Shown piece after piece: positions 55,223-64,000 of a DNA stretch of 64,000 nt. The stretch's first letter is position 1, and the number at the start of each line of letters is the position of its first letter. This DNA is from Rhizophagus irregularis (taxonomy: Eukaryota). A program made the position numbers and the translations under genes. The stretch is from assembly GCF_026210795.1 (NCBI RefSeq), contig NC_089434.1, positions 3,472,001 through 3,536,000 of the forward strand, in the 5' to 3' direction. The notes beneath the pieces are model-generated. The model worked only from the letters and a program-made list of their open reading frames with translations. It made no database searches and was not told where the DNA came from.

Positions 55223-57949
55223 AAGTATTGTTACATATGAATCAATTTATGATACGATATGACCTTAATTGATTCTAAAAGGTAACAACATTTTTTGTAA
55301 ATAACTTTTGATCTAACAGTTTAATTTTAATGATATTTTTTATTTTAATCAAATATTGATTAAAAAGATCATTAAAATTATCAGATTACTAGATTTTAAG
55401 ATAATATTTTTTGGAATTTGAATTGAGTTTAAGTTAAGTCTGAATTGAATCAAATTTTAGAGAAAAAATTTGATTTGTATAAAATACTACACTCAAGTAT
55501 AACTATAATAACTCTAATATAATTATGCTGATGTAATATAAATTTTTTTTCATGTTAAATATTTAACTTTTTTTTTTAATATACATATTGAAAAATTACT
55601 AATATTTGAAAAAAAAATAAATGCTAGTATGCTACAGATATTAAAATAGATTTAATAAATCATACTTATAATTATTAAAACAATAATTGCAATTTCAGAA
55701 AAAGTTCATTTTTTTCAGTTTTATTAAATACTTTAAAAGAATAAAATTCTATTATTAATTTTCAAAACTTATTCAGTTTGTAATTTTTATCATTAAAAAT
55801 AATCTAAAATGAAATCATTAATAAAAATAATATTACAAACAATAATATAAAAAGTATTTATATTTAATATATTTTTAAAAGGTTAACTTAAATAGGATCT
55901 CACCTACTATTAAGATATGTTACCAAAAATGTATATAGAATTTAATTTTGGAGTCTGTATAGTAGTTTTGCTAAGTTTTATTTGAAAAATAAATACATAC
56001 AATTTTCTCATTAATGGATTATCATCTATTTTTGGAAATTAATCTGCAAATTTGATCACGTGCTGGAGATTTCTTGGGAAATGATTTTTGTGGCGCATTA
56101 GCCTCATTTGCTTTCTTGTGTAATATTTATCTTGGAAAAATTTTAATTGAAATTTTTTTTCGCTTTTTGCACCTTTAAAATATTAAGAAAATTAAATTTT
56201 CATACTTTAAAGTATAAAAAATATTGATTTCATATTTTTGTTTTTAAATTAATAAAAAAAAATTATTTGCTTTCTAAAAGTTTGATATTGTTTGGGTGCT
56301 AAAAAAAAAATATAATTAGTGGACTAGTTCCTCTATATAATTTAAACAATAGGAATGTAATTACAAGATCACTTTGTACTGTATGATTCACTTTTTATTA
56401 TGTAACCATAAAGTCGCACTTGCAATCTCTCTTGCAAATCTTACTTTAAAAATATTAAGTAAATTTTTTCGCGGGTGGTTTTATTTTTTTTTCCGAAGAT
56501 TATACGAAATCAATCAATCAAAATTTGGGCACCACACTGTAGATTACGTGACCGAGCTTTTTTTGTTAGTTATGCTGGAGGAGTTCGCAGTAAGATTAAA
56601 ATTTTCTCGCCCCAGTCAAGTAAGTGAAGTATTCATTCCTATGGATGTTTTAAAATTTTTCTTTTTATGAGTCCGTATAAAAACATCAGCACAGATCTTT
56701 ACTATACGATCTGTATATAGTTTATATTTTTCGTTGCAAGCGATTTATCTTTATATATTATAATGCGATGAATGATATACCATTGATTTTCTTTAGATTA
56801 GTTCAACAAAACGGGTAATAATATCTAATAATACAGAGTTTTTAATATTCAACTCGAGTTTTTAATAATAAAAAACAACGTATGTCTTCTATCATTAATC
56901 TACTTTCTGTTATTATTTTTTAATTGATTCTTTACTTTATCTTTGTAGTCGAGTTTTATAAAATGGAATGGATCGATTCAGAAATTACTCTATAGAAGGA
57001 ATACAATAATAATAATTGTCTGGAGCGTTAGCGAAGGACTATTTACCGTACTGAACTAGCAAAATTTGTTTTAACCCCGGTTTTGCCCTGTCACAATAGA
57101 CAATTTTGTTTTCCTTTTTGAATATGTATCATGATTTATGTAACACTACCTATACGACCTCTGAAATATGGCACTATATGCACGTAGATCACGTAACACT
57201 TGTGAGTTATGCAACGCCGAGGACTTAAACGGTTTCCGTTTTCCTAGTTGATATTAATCAGTAATACTCATATGATGTGAATATATCTCCAGCATAACTT
57301 TTTTTCAAACTGATATCTCTATTATGGTTTTCATGAACATTAAATGAAATATAAAATATCTGTCATGTATGCCGTAAAGTTCTTTTATCTCTATGTGTAA
57401 TATTTGTATTTGAAGAATCATATACTGTGTGATTAGGCTAACCAATCTTTTTGGCATCGAAATATTTGCATGTGTAACTGATGATGCGATAATGAGAATT
57501 GCTATTGTAATTCATTATTAATAAATAAAAGATGCTGGAACATTTGGCATTAATTTTTTGCCTATATTACCATAATCAGAAGCGATTATAGTTAAATTAC
57601 AAATAATAATATATTTTATTAAGGAATTGTAAATGATCGACAGATTTCTTTAGTTAAAACCGGTTTAAACAGATAAGCTAAATCATTGTCATTTTTGTAA
57701 TTCATCCGTCGATATGCAGAATGCATGTGATAATTTTGGCGCTGCTAGATGGTTAATATGCAAATCCGGCGGAAATGATGTTATTATTTTTCACAAAAAA
57801 AGTTTATTTATATTTGCTGTTCACACTCAAATCCAGGTAAACCAAATTTGTTTGCAATAGTCTCGCGTAAGTCCTCGCTTTCTTAACATTCTGGTACATG
57901 TTTAGTTATCTGACTATTTACGTTTAAATTTGTAGGATTATTTCAAGTT

Positions 57950-58537
57950 ATGTCTAATAACAAATTTATCACATATCCGGTTAAAAGAGACCTAAATGTA
58001 GAATGGGAAAAATTTTCAAACATGATAACTCATAAAGGAGAAGTCTTTCGGAATGACTTCTCCATTGATATATACAAGCGAGATGAGCAAATTAAGAATT
58101 GGCAACTTAGATACAAACAATATGATTTGTCCGATAAATTGAATGATTGGAAGAATAGTAGACTTGACTCTAGAGAATCTAAAAATTTTCGAAGAGAGTT
58201 TATAGGGCCTCTTAAAAGAGGCAGAGAACTTAGCTGCATTTATCTAAGTATGGAAATGAATGAGTCTGCTGATGAACTGTTATGCGTTGAGCGCCATGGA
58301 AAAATCTCCATGAAAGCATTCAATCCTAGACAAAGTAAAGTTGATCTTTTTGTAACAACTGGTACCACATTTTTAAAAACATGGAGTCTGAGCGAGTCTG
58401 CGGATGAGTGGAAAAATGGATATATTGAATCGCCAGAAGAAAAAGAATGCATTCAATTCATAAAGAAGCATCCTAATGAAGCTGCTGCACTTATCTTATC
58501 CAAAAATGATAATAGTTTTAAAATAGTCTGGAGTTAA
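57950..58537 (+). CDS. Hypothetical protein, 195 aa, no recognised domain
   Basis: Uninterrupted ATG-TAA ORF with globular, protein-like composition in AT-rich surroundings. A probable 5'-UTR intron ends at TTGTAG just upstream. Confidence 0.75.
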   Translation: MSNNKFITYPVKRDLNVEWEKFSNMITHKGEVFRNDFSIDIYKRDEQIKNWQLRYKQYDLSDKLNDWKNSRLDSRESKNFRREFIGPLKRGRELSCIYLSMEMNESADELLCVERHGKISMKAFNPRQSKVDLFVTTGTTFLKTWSLSESADEWKNGYIESPEEKECIQFIKKHPNEAAALILSKNDNSFKIVWS

Positions 58538-58819
58538 TGTAGCATTCACTTCCTTTTCTTCTGCCCTTTTTTATTTGTATGGTATTTTTCAAATCAAAAA
58601 ATGATGAGACTTAGTTATATACCACGAAATGCAACGAAATCCACCACCTTAATTGTGATACAACTAAAAAGTTACAAATAATAATTATAATTATTTTCCG
58701 TGAGAAGTAAGAACTTTACTCATTTTTTTGGATGAATAGTTTAGGTAAAATACTTTGATAAATTAGAAATGATGGTTAACTCTAAGATAATTCGGAATAA
58801 GATTGCATACAAAGCATTA

Positions 58820-60070
58820 TATCATATTTGTAAATATTCCAAACTTATTCTACGTTTTTTTTCATTAAATTTAATAACTTGTATATCATTTAAAGTATTT
58901 TATGGATTTTCTGCTCCATTGAACTGACTGTGACCGTCTTTAATGAGAACTGAATATAACCGGAATTCCTGGCCTGTTCACGTTCTATATTAAATTGATA
59001 CAATTGGTGCACTTGTGTTATGACAACAAGCAAGATATACATACCATTGAGGATTGTTCCCACATCGGCCATCCCAATATGGTCTTTATTTTAAATAAGG
59101 AAATATTAATTCAAAAAAAAAAAAAAAAAAATGATTGAAAATAAAGAGTTAAAAAAAAATTTGGTCATATGTCGATTGTCGAAAGTTTCTTTTAAAATTA
59201 AAATTATTGAGCCGGTTATTTGAGAAGTTGAGATTGTTCCTTTTCGTTCATGAACTGTGAAATGGGATGATGATAATAGAGATAATAAAGCTTGTTGAAG
59301 TATTATCATAAAAAGGGATTATATAATTATATTATGTAAATGATCAATGTGCACTGTTAACATTTGATTATTGGACGATCATTGACTTATTTAGCAATAG
59401 TATGACGTAGTAGATGAAATGTGCTACATGACATGGATCTTATTTTGTCTCAAGCAGTTCATCCCGAAGTTTAGCCACCAAATTTCCCCCTTTTTAACTG
59501 ACGCACGCCCAGGAATAATTTTAATGATCCAACTCACAGATAAAGGTTAAACAAAATAATATAAATGAAAAATTTTTATCATAAAAATTAGTCTTACAAA
59601 AAATAAATAAGCTTTGGTCACATGTTGAGAATTTAACTCGGTAAAGTATAAATTATATCGTTATATTCGGAGAGCAGTGGCGTAATTTTTATTTTATTCT
59701 AAATTATGGTTTACAGAATCATACCAATGTTCTGATATTTTTTTGAAATCTGCGTAAGTGAAGTATTTTTAAAGAAAAACTTTTTTGTAACATTAAAGAA
59801 CAAGAAATAATTTATTGCGGTGAAAGTATATCATATAACAAACGTTAAAAATATATTAGTAACTTTTATATAACAAAATCGAAAGCACTTGTTAAATGTA
59901 CCTCATTTTGTTGTTTTATAATATTTATTTTTTCCTTTAAAATGAAATTGGATTAAAAAAAATATCTTTTCTTCTTTTTATAATCTTTTCTTCAATAAAA
60001 AAAACTAGTATAATCGAAAGAGAGTACTAGTAACCACACAGGGTTTATTGTTTTTATTTATGGGGTAGAT
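58820..60070. repeat. Segmental duplication block, copy 4 (left part only)
   Basis: Colinear with 27700-28830: ACATACCATTGAG, CATCCCAATA, GAATCATACCAA, AAAATGAAATTG, AAAACTAGTA, AGATCTC. Confidence 0.75.
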
Positions 60071-62141
60071 CTCGTTATGAAATTTTTGAGTTTTATTTTT
60101 TATAATATGTACACTGTACAGCATATAAATCAGTGCACCGCCATTTTGCCATTTTTTAAAATTTGCATCGATGAACAAAAAAAAATTTTAAAATAAGATC
60201 AGCGAGTTGCATCGATAATGCGGATTGACAATAAATATTCCCATATGAAATGAACGGTTCCCGGTTTTTATAAACGTATATTCCCAATAAAAAGGTCAAG
60301 TAACCATATGTGGAACGGTCTAAGCCTTTCCTTATTTGGTAACAAACATCCTTATTTGGCAATAAATTATTTGGTAATAGATATCCTTATTTGATAATAA
60401 ACAATGTTGATCTGTAAGGAACGCGTGTGATACAAAGGTATCCCGTATCCATACATGTTATAGTAGTATCCAAAAAGAGAAAAATATTCGAAGTATTATT
60501 TATACCAATTATTATTATTATTTTTTTTTTTAATTATTATTTTATCCCTTTATTAATTAAAAATATTTATTTTAAGTAATATAAATTTATTTTACCAATT
60601 ATTTATCCCTTCCCTTTATTAAGTAAAATAAATTTATTTTTACCAATTATATTATCCCTTTATTAATTAAAAATATTTCGTTTGAAAAATCATATTATAC
60701 ACATTTCAATTTTAGATTATGCAATTTAACTTACTTTTTACAACTCCAGCAAATATTTACAGATATGTAACATCGTTATCTATGTTCTTTTACGTTCATA
60801 TTGTTATATATTGTAACGTCGAAGCAAGTTTATGCATCACGAATAATAGGAGTAAAAATTAAGTTATGAGTATTAAAATTTAATTGGTAAAATAATTTGA
60901 AGTAAATATAGTAAATATGCAAATATAATTTTTGATTACTTGTTTGTGATTGGATGATCTTAACATTACCTATTATCACACCAAATAAAGGCTACTGATC
61001 GCCAAAAATAGTAAATAATTTTTAATTAAATTAAATTTAAATTTCCATAAAAATTTCAATATGCCAAAAAAAAAAGGAGAGAGTTACATATAGTTTGTTA
61101 TTTACTGAAGATAGTATAGTCATATGAAGAAAAAAGAAAAAAGTTTAATTTAAATCTAGTAAAAAATAATAATTCCTAATATGACGTTATGAAACTATTT
61201 ACGCCATACATAAAACCTCCGCAAAGATTGATGGATACCTGCTGCTACCTGTTTGATCAGCATATATTTTATGAATTTATGGGTAATTTACTTTTGAAGA
61301 AACTAATCTAGAACTCATTAGTTAACTTAGAAACCGGATGCAGGGCCAATGATATTCGGCATTTAAAATTCACAATTTATTTTTTTTCGTTCATATCATT
61401 TATTCAGATGTGTTACAAAATCGCGCATAACTAGCAAAATTTACTTTTGCTACAAAAAAAAACAAAAACTTTTATACTCATAGAATTCATCTTTTAGCGC
61501 CGTAAAATAATAATAATAATAATAATCGACCTTATCATATGGCTGGTTTACATAGCTTTCATGAACTATTTTATCTCGTAATCAATTTCATAATTTTTAT
61601 TTATATTTTTTTGCCTTACTTAAAAATATTAATATTTCTTAATTGGCGTTATTGGTTTTCGAGATATGTATTTTCGTTTTCTATTTATTTTCTTGTTACA
61701 ATAAATATATAAATATGTTACTATTTTGCATCAATGACATTTTTTTCTAATATTGATGTGCACCTGTTGTGGGATCATACCGTCAGGTTCATTAAGAATA
61801 TTAAGAATACGATTTATTTAAAAGTATAAATAAATACGACTTTTATCATTGTTCTATTTTTAATCCTTTCCCTTGTTGGTTAGTTTAGTTGCTGCGATTG
61901 GATATATCGATTGGTGCATAAAAGATATTACTAGCGTTATTGTTTTTCTAACACTGATGCGCATCTGTTGTGGCAGTTTCATCGCATTAGTACAATGTAG
62001 TCCACTAAGAACGCCTAATTCACTAAAAGGTATAAATATCATACTGGTGTAGACGACTTTCATCATTACTTTTATTTGTAATTCTTTCCATTATCAATTA
62101 ATTTTAATTACTGTAATTAAATAATTTTTATTCTTTTCATC

Positions 62142-62795
62142 ATGATATGGTCAAATAGAAATTTTCTTTTCATTACGACTGGTTTAGTCGTTTTGATGCT
62201 TTTTTTCTCGTCGTCAGTAGCAACTAATAACCATCATAAACACTGCGATAAAGTAGTCAAGGCACACCATTATACTAGAACCGTTTATCCATCACATTGC
62301 CCAAAAAGACACACTAAAACAACCACAACTACATCTACCGCTACCGCAACTACCACCACTACAAGCACCACCACCACCACCACCACCACCACTACCACCA
62401 CTACCACCACTACCACTTTCGTTGAGCCCACTGGACCATTTCGAAAGAGGCATAATCAAGAACATGAACATTTTAAATGTGTTCCTGATAAACATAAACA
62501 TTATACTTATAATAAACATGGCAAATGCACAGAAATCACCTATTGTACTCCAACAGTTTATAAACCATGTCCTAAAAAAAATAAAACCACAACAAAAACC
62601 GAATTTGAAACCACCACCTCCACTGCTACCGCCACTACTACTTCCACTTCCACTTCCACTTCCACCTCCGTTTTAGTAATACCCACATGTAGGGCTAGTG
62701 GCGCTTTTTGTGATTTCGCTAGTACCGGTGCATGCTGTAGCCGATGTTGTTTTTTAACTGATGCTAATCAACAACCAATTAATAAATGTTGCTAA
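62142..62795 (+). CDS. Secreted Thr-rich repeat protein with C-terminal 8-Cys knottin-like module, 217 aa
   Basis: Hydrophobic signal peptide, two His/Cys + CPK..KTTT + poly-Thr units separated by FRKR, and C-terminal C-x6-C-x7-CC-x2-CC-x12-CC. Confidence 0.88.
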   Translation: MIWSNRNFLFITTGLVVLMLFFSSSVATNNHHKHCDKVVKAHHYTRTVYPSHCPKRHTKTTTTTSTATATTTTTSTTTTTTTTTTTTTTTTTFVEPTGPFRKRHNQEHEHFKCVPDKHKHYTYNKHGKCTEITYCTPTVYKPCPKKNKTTTKTEFETTTSTATATTTSTSTSTSTSVLVIPTCRASGAFCDFASTGACCSRCCFLTDANQQPINKCC

Positions 62796-63279
62796 CAAGG
62801 TTTTTCTTATTAGAATACATAGAATCATATCTATTAGACCGGGAAAGAAAAATTTTTGTATTCTCTTAAAATTTTAATATTGAACTTATTTATATGTATT
62901 TTTTTTTTTATGGTATATCATATCATATGATATGTAATTGGTATCCAAAAATAAATTGTTTATAGAATACATTATTATAATTTTCTAAAAAATGCCCTTT
63001 TAATACGGTATTTTTTTTTTTGTGTAAAGCAATGATTTTTCAACTCAAAATAATGTTATGTCAGCGTAAAACTCGTGATTCAACTGATTCGTGTTTATTA
63101 CTAACCATCATGCAGATAATAACGGTTATACTATGCGTCTTCATTTATTTTTTTAATTCGTGCATAAACCTGATATAGACATACGTACTGTACAGTCTCG
63201 TCGGAAAGTAACGCCCGATTCACAATTACATAGTAAATTACATATATAAAATGAATTCCGTATTTTATAATTAAAACGG

Positions 63280-63592
63280 TTCTTGCATTTTGACTTTCCC
63301 AATGTTCAAATATCATTTATTTAAAAGGATATGATATTGACTTTAAAATGATATAAAATTTAGAAATAATTATTAAACGAAATATAAATATATATGCATC
63401 TTAAAATCATCTATTATTATATGTAAAATTTTTTTTCAGATCTAAAAAAAAAACTTTTTTACATTATAATTAAAATAGCTCTTGCATTTTAACTTTCCCA
63501 AAGTTTAAATATCACTTTTCTAAAAAAATATGATATTAGCTTTAAATTAATATAAAATTTAGAAATAATTATTAAAAGAAATATAAATATAT
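63280..63592. repeat. Direct repeat of ~113 bp with 200-bp period
   Basis: TCTTGCATTTT.ACTTTCCCAA...TAGAAATAATTATTAAA.GAAATATAAATATAT at 63280 and 63480. Confidence 0.8.
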
Positions 63593-63688
63593 AGTATATA
63601 CACAGGCGATCGCGATAAATCGGATCTTCGATAAACCGGATTTGGTATTATTTCGGATTTTTCTCCCGGAACCAAATCTGCCATATTA

Positions 63689-63834
63689 CAGCTGTTTTCA
63701 TAAGACCTGGGACAAACTAAATTTTTGAACCCGACTGCCGAACCGGTATTTTTAGCTGGACACGTGACGGATCGGTGGGTCGGCGGCGGTCGGGTTCAAA
63801 ATTTATTTTGTCCCAGGTCTTATGAAAACAGCTG
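63689..63834. mobile_element. Tc1/mariner-type foldback MITE, apparently nested in an older pogo-like relic (~63603-63904)
   Basis: TA|CAGCTGTTTTCATAAGACCTGGGACAAA...TTTGTCCCAGGTCTTATGAAAACAGCTG|TA, ~50-bp near-perfect TIR. Confidence 0.9.
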
Positions 63835-64000
63835 TAAAACAATCGCTATATACCGAATTTTATTAGTAAAGTCGCGATATTTCATAAGTCGGATTTGATT
63901 CTATATCAGTTATATCAAAAAAATATTGATATATCGAATTTTTCCAAATTTGGCGTTAACAATGTATCCTTTTTTAGCATACCTTTATATTATTGTAATT

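Noticed and set aside
62292..62676. Gly-rich antisense ORF and Pro-rich alternative-frame ORF
   Set aside because: Shadows of the ACC/ACT poly-Thr codons of the real gene.

Overview
Very AT-rich eukaryotic DNA with short GT-AG introns. Gene families and composition point to a Glomeromycotina fungus, probably Rhizophagus-like (inference). The window is gene-poor and repeat-rich. It contains: (1) a three-member family of small basic proteins sharing a C-terminal 'KRR..R...RR.PxQ...NPF..QFxNGS-NF' motif; two members emerge only after splicing ORF-track fragments, and all three lie in or next to multi-kb duplicated blocks with conserved non-coding sequence; (2) two candidate secreted effectors, a 119-aa spliced Cys-containing protein and a 217-aa Thr-rich repeat protein with a Kex2 site and a C-terminal cystine-knot-like module; (3) a full-length 4.75-kb DNA transposon with 29-bp TIRs and an 8-bp TSD, encoding an intron-containing Sola-like DDD transposase with FYR-like N-terminal motifs and now disabled; (4) a second, decayed TIR element at the left edge; (5) many MITEs from several superfamilies, often carrying a CACGTG box; (6) a ~185-bp satellite, kinase/REase/LINE relics and one orphan 195-aa gene. 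No rRNA, tRNA or CRISPR array was recognised. All family assignments come from motifs read by eye; no database searches were run.
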